A stretch of 53,135 nucleotides of DNA from Nanobdellota archaeon (GCA_018824365.1 JAHJGQ010000029.1:1-53135), one strand, 5' to 3'; shown: positions 9,681 to 18,620, numbered from the stretch's first letter. Notes: a model not told the origin generated them from the letters alone. Numbers and translations: made by a program.

Positions 9681-10676
9681 ATGAAAAAGATAATAATATA
9701 CATAGTAACATTCGTATTATTAACTTCCTTAGTCCTTGCTGTAGGCATTACCACAGATAAAGATGAATATAGCAGCAATGAAACAGTAAATATTTCTATA
9801 ACTGATTGTACAAAAACTTCAATAGTTCAAATATTTAATCCCAGCAATGCTTTAACTGACATTAAAGGCGGCAGTGATGATTGGAATACCAGTTACAATA
9901 CCTTATCAAATTCAGCTAAAGGAAAATATAAAATTTTAGCCAGTTGTACTAACGGACAAACAGAAAAATTCTTCTGTGTAAACTCTTCTGGCTGTTTAAC
10001 AACACCACCAACAACCACAACTGGCGGTGGCGGTGGAGGCGGAGGACATTGTACTTCTGATTGGGGCTGTACATATTGGTCATACTGCAACTCCAGTTTA
10101 AAACAAGCAAGAACCTGCGTAGATAAAAATAATTGTCAATCTCAAAAAGAAGAGATTCAAGATTGTGAACAATGCCAAGAATCATGGGTCTGCTCACTTT
10201 GGTCAGAATGTTACTTAGGCACAAATACCAGGACTTGTGTTGACGAACATTATTGTAAGACTTCTTTACTAAAACCATCTTTACAAAAATCATGTCAAAT
10301 AGAAATTCCTTCCGGCCCTCCACCAGTACAAGTTTCAGCCCAATTACCACCACCTTCTTATGCTGAAATGCCTTTACCACCGGTACCACAACAGCCAGCA
10401 AAATCTACCTTTCAAAAATTATGGGAAAACTATAACATTTACGCAATCGCAGGAATGTCCGGATTGATATTGATAATCATAACAATAATCATAGTTGTCC
10501 ATTTTATTCAAGCAAATAAACCAGCATCAAACCTTGACGAACTTAAAGAATGGATCAAGAAAGAAAAAGAGATGGGCACTTCTGAAGAAGAGATGAGGAA
10601 AACTCTTTCTCAAACTGCCTGGAAAAAGGAAGAGATTGATCAAGAAATAAACGAATTGCAGCAAAAAAAACCCTGA
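9681..10676 (+). CDS. Secreted, C-terminally anchored Cys/Trp-repeat (TSP1-like) surface protein
   Basis: Signal peptide; poly-Thr/poly-Gly linker; 2x W.C..WS.C......RTCVD...C; Pro-rich stalk; TM near the C-terminus. Confidence 0.7.
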   Translation: MKKIIIYIVTFVLLTSLVLAVGITTDKDEYSSNETVNISITDCTKTSIVQIFNPSNALTDIKGGSDDWNTSYNTLSNSAKGKYKILASCTNGQTEKFFCVNSSGCLTTPPTTTTGGGGGGGGHCTSDWGCTYWSYCNSSLKQARTCVDKNNCQSQKEEIQDCEQCQESWVCSLWSECYLGTNTRTCVDEHYCKTSLLKPSLQKSCQIEIPSGPPPVQVSAQLPPPSYAEMPLPPVPQQPAKSTFQKLWENYNIYAIAGMSGLILIIITIIIVVHFIQANKPASNLDELKEWIKKEKEMGTSEEEMRKTLSQTAWKKEEIDQEINELQQKKP

Positions 10677-10743
10677 ACACTAAAGAAATCCAAACAGAAT
10701 ATTTTTAAACAACACTTCTTTAATCTTTAAGAGAGGTAATTAG

Positions 10744-12921
10744 ATGGAGAAAGACGAATACCAGAATCTATTAGAAAAATATAAAGAAAGAGTTAAAGAA
10801 GAATTTGGTGAAGAGTCTGTAAAACCGTCAAAAATAACTTCAAAAGAATATACTGAGTTTAAGAGTGAACTATACCCTACACATTATTCTATCTATGAAA
10901 AAGCATGTAATTTCTCAGATAAAGTCTTTAAGCTTACAGTAGATGAAAAAAAATCTACTGCTATCCAGAAGAACTTAGATGTATGCCATCTTAATGTAAA
11001 ACCATCTGGTGTAATCGCTTTGTCTTTTCTTCTTCCAATAATTATTATAGTTTTGGGATCTTTAATCTTTTTTACCATTTTTCAAATGATGTTCTTTGTA
11101 GCTTTCTTTCTTTTTGCCGGAATGCTGATGATTCCAGCATTACAAAAGATACCAGATTTCATGGCCAATACTTGGAGGATGAAAGCTTCAAACCAGATGG
11201 TGCAAAGTATTTTTTATCTGGTTACTTATATGAGACACACTTCTAATTTAGAACGTGCGATTGGTTTTGCTGCAGATCATCTAGAACCGCCTTTATCTTT
11301 AGATTTAAGAAAAATTCTTTGGGATGTAGAAACAGAAAAGTATAGTACTATCAGGGGATCTGCTGAAGCGTACTTGGGTGTTTGGAAAGAATGGGACAAA
11401 GAATTTGTAGAATCATTCCATTTGATTGAATCTTCTTTGTTTGAATCTACAGAAGAGAGGAGATTAGCATTATTAGATAAATCATTAGACGTCATTCTTA
11501 ATGGAACATATGAAAACATGCTTCATTATGCACATTCACTTAAATCTCCAATGACCATGTTACACATGTTAGGAGTAATCTTACCAATTTTAGGTTTAGT
11601 GATTTTACCTCTTGTGGTTAGCTTCATGGGTTCCGGTTCAAACCCTTTTGTCACTGCAATCTATATTTCAGTGCTTTATAATATAAGTTTACCTATTTCG
11701 GTCTATTATTTAGGTAGGGTAATCTTATCCAAAAGACCGGCAGGTTATGGTGCTGTTGATATTGGAGAAAAACCGGGAATCAAGAAATTCAGGAACGTAA
11801 ATATTTCTCTTGGAAAAAAACTTACCATCAGTGTAAATCCTTTATATTTTAGTATTATGGTTTTTGTTGTTGCTATGTTGATTGGCTTTAGTCCTTTAGT
11901 CATGCATGCTTTAGATGTTCCTGATTTCAGTTTTGATGAGAAAGGAAACTTAAAGATGTTAGATTATGTTTGTCCTCCAGAAAGCGGGATAGATTGTGAG
12001 GATACTGAAAAAGTTGGTCCTTATGGTATAGGTGCTTCTATCCTTTCTTTACTTGTCATTGCCGGTCTTGGTGTTTCGATAGGTATGTTTTTTTCATTAC
12101 GTTCTAAGAATGTGATCAAGATTAGAGAAAGGACAAAAGAGCTGGAAGATGAATTTTCCTCAGCATTGTTTCAATTAGGAAACAGATTAGGGGACGGTAT
12201 TCCGGCCGAGATTGCCTTTGCTAAAGTTGCTACAACAATGCAGGGATCTACTTCAGGAGATTTCTTTAATTTAGCAGAGAAAAACATCACTAAATTAGGC
12301 ATGGGTTTGGAGCAGTCATTATTTGATCCAAAAGTTGGTGCAATTGTAAGCTTTCCTTCTGAAGTTATAAAATCTTCAATGAAAGTTCTTGTAGAAAGTA
12401 TAAAGAAAGGTCCAAGAATCGCAGCTCAATCGTTGCTTTCAATGTCGCGTTATATCAAAGAGATTCATCGTGTAGAAGAAAGATTGAAAGATCTCATGTC
12501 CGATATTATCTCTTCCATGAAAGCACAGGTTAAGTTCCTTACCCCTGCTATTGCAGGAATAGTTATTGGAATAACTTCGATGATTTCAACAATCCTGACA
12601 AAATTAAGTGCACAATTGGGTGGTTTTGCTGCTGGTCAACAAGCAGGCGGTGGCGGCTTTGAAGACATGCTTAGTATTTTTGGTATTGGCATTCCCACTT
12701 TCCATTTTCAGATAGTTGTAGGGATTTATATCGTTCAGATAGCTTATATACTTACTATTCTAAGCAGCGGGATTGAGAATGGTGCAGATAAATTAGGGGC
12801 GCGCTATGAATTAGGAAAAAATTTAATCTACAGTACATTATTATACTGTTTCATTGCTGGTGTTGTAATGTTATTATTTAACTTATTTGCAGGAACAATC
12901 ATGCAAAATACTTTGGGGTAA
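10744..12921 (+). CDS. Type II secretion F / TadC-FlaJ-like platform membrane protein
   Basis: Multiple TM helices; two T2SSF-like cytoplasmic domains (EDEFSSALFQLGNRLGDGIPAEIAF); cognate ATPase in the window. Confidence 0.75.
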   Translation: MEKDEYQNLLEKYKERVKEEFGEESVKPSKITSKEYTEFKSELYPTHYSIYEKACNFSDKVFKLTVDEKKSTAIQKNLDVCHLNVKPSGVIALSFLLPIIIIVLGSLIFFTIFQMMFFVAFFLFAGMLMIPALQKIPDFMANTWRMKASNQMVQSIFYLVTYMRHTSNLERAIGFAADHLEPPLSLDLRKILWDVETEKYSTIRGSAEAYLGVWKEWDKEFVESFHLIESSLFESTEERRLALLDKSLDVILNGTYENMLHYAHSLKSPMTMLHMLGVILPILGLVILPLVVSFMGSGSNPFVTAIYISVLYNISLPISVYYLGRVILSKRPAGYGAVDIGEKPGIKKFRNVNISLGKKLTISVNPLYFSIMVFVVAMLIGFSPLVMHALDVPDFSFDEKGNLKMLDYVCPPESGIDCEDTEKVGPYGIGASILSLLVIAGLGVSIGMFFSLRSKNVIKIRERTKELEDEFSSALFQLGNRLGDGIPAEIAFAKVATTMQGSTSGDFFNLAEKNITKLGMGLEQSLFDPKVGAIVSFPSEVIKSSMKVLVESIKKGPRIAAQSLLSMSRYIKEIHRVEERLKDLMSDIISSMKAQVKFLTPAIAGIVIGITSMISTILTKLSAQLGGFAAGQQAGGGGFEDMLSIFGIGIPTFHFQIVVGIYIVQIAYILTILSSGIENGADKLGARYELGKNLIYSTLLYCFIAGVVMLLFNLFAGTIMQNTLG

Positions 12922-12937
12922 GTTTAGGTAAAAAGTT

Positions 12938-13612
12938 TTATCCGTCAATTCCAACATAACTTAAATCACGGAATAAGTTTTTCTGTAAATTTTTATATCT
13001 TTCATCTATTGGTGGCTTTTCGTCAACTAAAGAAACTTTTTTCCAAGTTATCGGTGAAAATGGTAATGCATTGCCAATGTTTTTTATGTGTATAGCGTTA
13101 ACGGTTGTTCCTGCAGAAGAACATATGTAACTTCTATGCATACCATCAAGAAGAACTCCCCCTCCGTTATGATGTTCGATTATTGGGGGAATATAAAAAG
13201 CCATTACAGGATTATCTTGAGTATCTCTTCCATAAATTTGTGCTGGAGGCATTTTAGAAATGCCTTTTGTAGCATAAGCTTCAAATGCAGCGGTCATATT
13301 TTTCATAATGCTCAATACTTTAGAAGATTGTACAAAGGTCTGACCTACATCTATACCTTTTGGTTCAACCCCATAGATTTGAATTTGAGAATTAGAGTAA
13401 GGAAAGATAAGTTCTTCCTCCCTTCGTAAGGGAATAGATTTAATTAAAGCTTCAAGTATTTCTGTGCGAACAAAAGCCATATGTTCTATTATTCTTATAT
13501 CTCTTAAAGGGATTACAGTTTTGAAATGAGATATATCTTCTTTTAGGTTAATTTTTAACCTATCTTCAAGATCTTCCCTCTCTATACGAAATTTTTGATT
13601 CATTTGAGTCAT
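12938..13612 (-). CDS. Hypothetical protein with ParB/Srx-like motif
   Basis: PPII....VLLDGMHRSY resembles the ParB-N DGxHR motif; directly follows the HAD gene. Confidence 0.5.
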   Translation of the reverse strand: MTQMNQKFRIEREDLEDRLKINLKEDISHFKTVIPLRDIRIIEHMAFVRTEILEALIKSIPLRREEELIFPYSNSQIQIYGVEPKGIDVGQTFVQSSKVLSIMKNMTAAFEAYATKGISKMPPAQIYGRDTQDNPVMAFYIPPIIEHHNGGGVLLDGMHRSYICSSAGTTVNAIHIKNIGNALPFSPITWKKVSLVDEKPPIDERYKNLQKNLFRDLSYVGIDG

Positions 13613-13613
13613 C

Positions 13614-14135
13614 TTATACTATTTTTCTTATTTCATTAATATTTTTTATTGTATAATCAGGAGAAATTTTACTGAAATAATCTTTACCGCAACCAGTCTT
13701 GACCAATATAGTTTTTATTTTACTGTTTTTTCCAGTAAGAATATCATCTTCCATGTCGCCAACAAAAAAAGATTCCTGTAAATTAAGGGAATGTTCTTTA
13801 ACAGCCTGCATGACAAGTCCAGTTTTAGGTTTTCTACAATTACAATTATCAGAAGATTTATGCGGGCAAAAGTAATAACCATCAATCTTAATACCTAAAA
13901 TATTTAACTTCTTGAGAAGTTTTTCGAATATTTCGGTAACTTGGTTATAAGTCATCCTTCCTTTGGCAATCCATGATTGATTGGAAATAATTAAAAGTTT
14001 ATATCCTTTCTCTTTCAGATAAAATAAGCCTTCTATTACATCACTCGTTAATAAGTTGTCAGAGGGAATTTCATAGGGATATTTAGAATTATCTACAAGT
14101 GTCCCGTCCTTATCTATAAAGAAGGCTTTGTTCAT
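13614..14135 (-). CDS. gmhB: HAD IIIA phosphatase (GmhB/HisB-N family)
   Basis: FIDKDGTL, ISNQS, CPH.....CNCRKP and VGDMEDD motifs. Confidence 0.85.
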   Translation of the reverse strand: MNKAFFIDKDGTLVDNSKYPYEIPSDNLLTSDVIEGLFYLKEKGYKLLIISNQSWIAKGRMTYNQVTEIFEKLLKKLNILGIKIDGYYFCPHKSSDNCNCRKPKTGLVMQAVKEHSLNLQESFFVGDMEDDILTGKNSKIKTILVKTGCGKDYFSKISPDYTIKNINEIRKIV

Positions 14136-14256
14136 CTGTTACCTTTAGAAGTAGTTGAAGATATTTACTATAAATAATTTTTTGTGATGTAAAAGATAGG
14201 AAGAAATGGTTTATACCAAAAACAATATAAATAACAGTTGAATTTGATGTTTTATT

Positions 14257-14375
14257 GGGAACGTAGCTCAACCTGGATTGTCTTTTCCTGAGGCAAGGGG
14301 AAGAGAGCACTAGTCGCTTAATGGCGAGTGATACTGAAGATCTAGGTGTCGGGGGTTCAAATCCCCCCGTTCCCA
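14257..14375 (+). tRNA. tRNA-Phe(GAA) with two non-canonical introns (~19/20: 14277-14302; 30/31: 14314-14332)
   Basis: Acceptor GGGAACG/CGTTCCC; spliced anticodon arm CTAGA-CTGAAGA-TCTAG; T arm GGGGG-TTCAAAT-CCCCC; intron 2 has a perfect BHB (CACT/AGTG); TATA-like sequence ~25 nt upstream. Confidence 0.9.
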
Positions 14376-14410
14376 CTCTTTTAATATATGATTTAATCTT
14401 TCTATAATCT

Positions 14411-14506
14411 TTATACTAAAAAATTTCAACAGGAATTTTTTGGTGGGGTTTAATTCCCCAATCTTTAGGTTGAAATTTTTGGTACATAAAAATACTTTGT
14501 ATTTTT
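14411..14506. repeat. Dispersed ~96-bp imperfect palindromic repeat, copy 1
   Basis: Near-identical to 22969-23064; arms TACTAAAAAATTTCAAC / GTTGAAATTTTTGGTA. Confidence 0.85.
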
Positions 14507-14556
14507 CATGATTTACAAAGAAGAATCATCTGAAATAAAAAAAATAAAAATAATAA

Positions 14557-14691
14557 TTAATACCCTCGGCATTTAGAACAATAGTAGCGGTTTGCATTCT
14601 CGACAACAATCCTATCACCGCAACCCTTACAACACCTTTGGATTTTGAACTTTTTCACTTCCTGAAAGATGTGTTGCTTCAGTTTTATCAC
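14557..14691 (-). CDS. Small zinc-ribbon protein (44 aa, not in the ORF track)
   Basis: Translated by hand: (M)IKLKQHIFQEVKKFKIQRCCKGCGDRIVVENANRYYCSKCRGY; two CxxC motifs; start uncertain. Confidence 0.55.
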   Translation of the reverse strand: MIKLKQHIFQEVKKFKIQRCCKGCGDRIVVENANRYYCSKCRGY

Positions 14692-14839
14692 CTTCTTTTT
14701 TTAAGAAGATCAGAGAATTAAACCATCTCTTACCTCCTTTTTTGTACTAGAAAAACACCTCTGATTTAAAAAGAAAGTATAACTTATATATAAATGTTTG
14801 CTTGTTTCTCGAGATAAAAGAAAGTGTGATGTATTGATT

Positions 14840-15460
14840 TCAATAAAAAAACAGAAAATAAACTCCAAAAATAACCATCCCTGACCAAACATACCTATTC
14901 CAACTTAAAATTTTTTTACCATCAAAATTACCGAAAGGGATAAGATTAAATAACCCTAACCACATGTTGATAAAAAATCCAATGGAAGAAATAAAATTCA
15001 TAGCAGGATATAAAAATTGCATCCCCAGAAAAATCAAAGCAAGAGTATAATTAACCATTGGACCTGCTAAACTGATAATTCCATTTTCTTTTCTTGTAAT
15101 CATTCCGGAAATCATCACAGCTCCCGGCGCTGCAAAAATAAATCCTATCACTACAGCTAATCCTACTGCTAAATATAACATCTGGTCAAAAGCCCTAAAT
15201 TCAGCAACACAACCATATTTCTGAGCCACAAACTTGTGTCCTAATTCATGGAGAAGAAACCCCAGTCCTGCTGTGAATAAAGATATGACAAATATTTTTC
15301 CAAATTGTAATGAAAGTATTCCTAAAATATTTCCTTCTATGAGGCTGAACCCACCGAGGACAAAAGCAAAAGCAATAGAAATAGCAATCCATGCTTTAGC
15401 TATATCAATCAACTCTATTTTAGAAGTCTTTATTTTACCTATCTTAATTGTCTTGTGCAT
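14840..15460 (-). CDS. M50 (site-2) membrane metalloprotease
   Basis: HELGH, AGP and FNLIP...FDG motifs; hydrophobic. Confidence 0.9.
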   Translation of the reverse strand: MHKTIKIGKIKTSKIELIDIAKAWIAISIAFAFVLGGFSLIEGNILGILSLQFGKIFVISLFTAGLGFLLHELGHKFVAQKYGCVAEFRAFDQMLYLAVGLAVVIGFIFAAPGAVMISGMITRKENGIISLAGPMVNYTLALIFLGMQFLYPAMNFISSIGFFINMWLGLFNLIPFGNFDGKKILSWNRYVWSGMVIFGVYFLFFY

Positions 15461-15683
15461 TTAATATTTCTTCCTTGTCTTGTTTTTCTTCTTCCTCTCC
15501 TTTACCCATATGCTGCATCTTTTTCTTAAGGAATTCTTTTAATTGTTTTGCAACTTCTTCTACTTTTACTAAAAGATCAATATCAGCAAAATTCTCTTTA
15601 GCACACTCTTCACAATAATAATCAGAAGTATCTTTAATTTTATATTTTGCTTCTTCTTCACAAACAATACATTTCTTAACCAT
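15444..15683 (-). CDS. Small Zn-binding hypothetical protein
   Basis: CIVC...YYCEEC; overlaps the M50 gene start. Confidence 0.65.
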   Translation of the reverse strand: MVKKCIVCEEEAKYKIKDTSDYYCEECAKENFADIDLLVKVEEVAKQLKEFLKKKMQHMGKGEEEEKQDKEEILNAQDN

Positions 15684-15754
15684 CTTTTGTTTTTGAATAA
15701 GAAAAGCTTTAAAAACTTTTTCTTAAATTTTCAGGACAATAATCATTTATTTAT

Positions 15755-16447
15755 TCATTTATCCGCAAGAAGATAATTCTTAATCTCTTCAATTTCATGT
15801 TGGGTGACAGCACAACCATTATATTTGGTCGTCCAAAGAACTGAATCTATAAGTATTTCTCTGCCCCCTTTCAATTTAGGGATATACTGATCTAACAAAC
15901 CCATCTTATAAGCTGTGCTTACTAATTCAATCGATCTAAGAATTTTTGTTCCCTTCAATTGTTGGCTGAACTTATCCATTCTTTCTCTGTCAGCAACCAC
16001 ATCTTTTTTGAAACGTATCTCTAATAGTTTTTCCATTTCTTTGTTATTCTCAATAAACAAGCGAAGAGTTCTTTCATCCATGATTATTGCATCAGCATTT
16101 GTTTCTAAGGCACAGGCAACTATCTCCATTTCTCCTGACTGAATGATATCAAGATTTTTACTTTTTATTTTGAATGAACTATTTGCTAAATTAATCAATT
16201 CGTTTACTTTTTTTTGTGGAACTTTATCATAAACTTCTAGAACACCATCTTCTATAAGTTTTAAAGATTGCAATGCTTCAAATTCAAAACGTTTAATTGT
16301 CATAGGACGTTCAATCAACTCGCGCTTTACAGCAGGAGTTATGTAGAATTTTCCACCATATTTTTCTTTTAATTTTGGCAGTATCCAGATTAATCTTGAC
16401 ATCACTAAAGTGATGATGGGGCCAGTATCAAAAAAGAGTATTTTCAT
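15755..16447 (-). CDS. PIN-domain protein (DUF3368-like)
   Basis: FFDTGPII, VKRELIE, SGEMEIV and IMDERT supply the four PIN acidic residues; start set at MKILFF. Confidence 0.7.
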   Translation of the reverse strand: MKILFFDTGPIITLVMSRLIWILPKLKEKYGGKFYITPAVKRELIERPMTIKRFEFEALQSLKLIEDGVLEVYDKVPQKKVNELINLANSSFKIKSKNLDIIQSGEMEIVACALETNADAIIMDERTLRLFIENNKEMEKLLEIRFKKDVVADRERMDKFSQQLKGTKILRSIELVSTAYKMGLLDQYIPKLKGGREILIDSVLWTTKYNGCAVTQHEIEEIKNYLLADK

Positions 16448-16517
16448 ATTTTCATGCCTCTTTTTTGGACTTGCTTTCTGCAAATATCAAAAAATAATAT
16501 TTTTTCTGCCACTTTTA

Positions 16518-17072
16518 TTACACACCAAAAATTTTCATTGCATTGATCACTCTTCTTTTTGCAGGAATACTTTCATGATGCTGCTCAAAATAAGTGGTTT
16601 TACCAGCATAGGGTTGTAAATCCCAATTGGAAAGACCCATAAGTCCTGCTGCCTGCCCGATGGATAAGCCTTTTTGCAAAAGAGAAGAACTTTTCTTTAT
16701 TCTTGCAGCCTGCATGACATCTTGCAGATGTTGTTTGATTTTAGCATCGCTTTTTCTAATAAGGTTATATAAATTCTTAATACTTTGATTATAACGTCCT
16801 AATTGATTTTCTTCCAAATGTTTTTTTGTAAATTTCAATTCTGCTACTATGTTCTTATAATCTTCTTCAGACAAATTGTGGACTATTTTGTAGATAGAAT
16901 AAATAAGCACTGTAATGGTAATTAAATCAGTATCTTTATGTAAAGCTACATCATCAATGGCATGTTCGCTTAATTTTTCCAGTTCATTCAAGTCTTTTTC
17001 TTCCTTGACTTCTAGAATATCAATCGCCTGGCTAATATCATAAAGAATTTCTTTCCTAATCACATCTATCAT
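16518..17072 (-). CDS. Hypothetical protein with C-terminal UPF0175-like HTH (putative PIN partner)
   Basis: LSIGQAAGLMGLSNWDL helix-turn-helix; directly upstream of the PIN gene. Confidence 0.55.
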   Translation of the reverse strand: MIDVIRKEILYDISQAIDILEVKEEKDLNELEKLSEHAIDDVALHKDTDLITITVLIYSIYKIVHNLSEEDYKNIVAELKFTKKHLEENQLGRYNQSIKNLYNLIRKSDAKIKQHLQDVMQAARIKKSSSLLQKGLSIGQAAGLMGLSNWDLQPYAGKTTYFEQHHESIPAKRRVINAMKIFGV

Positions 17073-17161
17073 AAGTTTAGGGAAATAGTTTAGTTTTATT
17101 AATGTTTTGGGCAGAAGAGAGTTAATTATTTAAATAAAATTGTAATTCAAAGAAATAAGAT

Positions 17162-17240
17162 GGGCCGATGGTTCAGATGGCAAATGGAAATCCATTTGAG
17201 AGATTATGTGACATTCGTTCGTAAACTCACTCAGTCCCAT
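17162..17240 (+). pseudogene. Duplicated 5' fragment of tRNA-Ala followed by hairpins
   Basis: 17162-17176 GGGCCGATGGTTCAG is identical to nt 1-15 of the adjacent tRNA-Ala; no anticodon or T arm follows. Confidence 0.6.
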
Positions 17241-17249
17241 TAAAATTAT

Positions 17250-17372
17250 GGGCCGATGGTTCAGTGGTACGCTTTAATAAGCGGCACTAAAGAATACTCG
17301 GTTGGCAATCGAGTGGTCCCGGGTTCAATTTAGAAGATAAGTAAATCTTCAATGAAAATCCCGGTCGGTCCA
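17250..17372 (+). tRNA. tRNA-Ala(GGC) with two non-canonical introns (20/21: 17269-17290; 59/60: 17330-17358)
   Basis: Acceptor GGGCCGA/TCGGTCC with G3:U70; CTCGG-TTGGCAA-TCGAG; BHB helices AGTG/CACT and TTCA/TGAA. Confidence 0.92.
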
Positions 17373-17400
17373 TATTTTATAAACATACAATAGAAATAAA

Positions 17401-17790
17401 TTAATACCAACTTGTTACTGTGACTTTAGTGTATTCATAGGGTATAACAACGGGTGTACTTTGTTCCCATAATTCTCTTATTTTTTCTTCATCTATTTTT
17501 CTTTGTAGGCAGATAGTTCCAATAGATTTCTCTTGAAAATGAACTATAATTGGTTCATTACTTTCACTTTCAATACATTTGGAATTATAAGTAGTAGGAG
17601 ATGTTGATATATCATATAAAGTTGTCCCTGGGAGTCTTTCTTGGACATACGGTAAGATTTTTTCTATTCTTTTATTTTCGTTATGTTCAATCACAGATTT
17701 TCCGTCATCATATAGCGATAATGGAAGAGAGAACAGAGCTATTGTACATGTAGCCAATCCTGAAATAGCTATAACTTTTTTATTAACCAT
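17401..17790 (-). CDS. Hypothetical membrane-anchored protein
   Basis: MVNKKVIAISG start with an N-terminal hydrophobic helix; the longer track ORF runs through the MITE. Confidence 0.55.
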   Translation of the reverse strand: MVNKKVIAISGLATCTIALFSLPLSLYDDGKSVIEHNENKRIEKILPYVQERLPGTTLYDISTSPTTYNSKCIESESNEPIIVHFQEKSIGTICLQRKIDEEKIRELWEQSTPVVIPYEYTKVTVTSWY

Positions 17791-17834
17791 AATAATTATT
17801 TCTAAACTTTCTTTAAATATTTTGTTAAAGAAAA

Positions 17835-17979
17835 GGCTCTGTAGAAACCCCTGCCAAATGGCGAGTGAGCACAAGACTATTCGTGAGACAAGCCATACCC
17901 TCTTCTTCGGAAATAACTTCAACTTTGGAGCAATTAGCTAATCAAAAGAGGGTGCGAACGGAAGGGTTTCTACAGAGCC
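17835..17979. mobile_element. 145-bp MITE (probably IS5-family derived)
   Basis: Perfect 16-bp TIR GGCTCTGTAGAAACCC / GGGTTTCTACAGAGCC; 9-bp direct repeat TAAAGAAAA at 17826-17834 and 17980-17988; no transposase. Confidence 0.85.
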
Positions 17980-18012
17980 TAAAGAAAAAGATAATTAAAA
18001 AAATTAAATAAT

Positions 18013-18384
18013 TTAAACAAATATTGCGTAAAGTGTCCAGCCAGCAAGAAAAGCCCAGATTAACATTAATAACCACAATTTTTGTCTTTCTTTAAGGATA
18101 TTCTTTGCTAGACTAAGATAAACTTTTGGATACATTACTAACATCATCCCAATTAGCATCACACCAAGCATCATTGTTACAAAAATGTCAACAACATTTA
18201 TCGTTGAAAAAACATAGTAACCGACAACTACGAAAATAGCTAGTAAGCATATTGTTAAAAAAGTTGTTTTCTTAGCCATACCTTCAGCAGTTTTTATCAG
18301 AACTTTCGGATTTTTTCCAATTATTATAAACTTCATTAAGGTTATGGCAGCGAAAATTACAGCAATTATTTCTAATGGAGTCAT
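18013..18384 (-). CDS. Small 4-TM membrane protein
   Basis: Four hydrophobic segments; GAGGTGA SD upstream. Confidence 0.7.
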   Translation of the reverse strand: MTPLEIIAVIFAAITLMKFIIIGKNPKVLIKTAEGMAKKTTFLTICLLAIFVVVGYYVFSTINVVDIFVTMMLGVMLIGMMLVMYPKVYLSLAKNILKERQKLWLLMLIWAFLAGWTLYAIFV

Positions 18385-18459
18385 TTTAAATTCACCTCTT
18401 TATGTAGATATACATTGATTTTGTTTTAAAAAGTTATTTTATAATTCTAGAATGGTAAA

Positions 18460-18586
18460 TGGGGCCGCGAAGAAACTCACTAGACGTTCGTACCATGACT
18501 AACTTCATAAATTTGAACTCCTGTTCCACGACTTCTGTAATTAAATACCCCATCCGTGGGTGATAGCCAAGCTACACTACAGCCCC
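18460..18586 (-). tRNA. tRNA-Pro(GGG) with anticodon-loop intron (~18533-18547) and T-loop insert/intron (~18474-18511); imperfect, possibly a pseudogene
   Basis: Acceptor GGGGCTG/CGGCCCC+A; Pro-like D arm; CACGG-ATGGG..TCGTG; GAGTTCAAAT; T stem retains an A49:G65 mismatch after splicing. Confidence 0.65.
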
Positions 18587-18620
18587 GATTTTGTTAAGAA
18601 AATTAGCTAATATTAAAAAA

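Noticed and set aside
10001..10046. ACC/ACA and GGC/GGT triplet runs
   Set aside because: They encode an ordinary poly-Thr/poly-Gly linker, not an independent repeat element
14110..14376. 88-aa minus-strand ORF (MGTGGFEPPT...)
   Set aside because: It is the antisense reading of the tRNA-Phe gene
17791..17922. N-terminal extension of the 173-aa ORF
   Set aside because: It runs through the MITE; ATG 17790 gives a normal hydrophobic N-terminus
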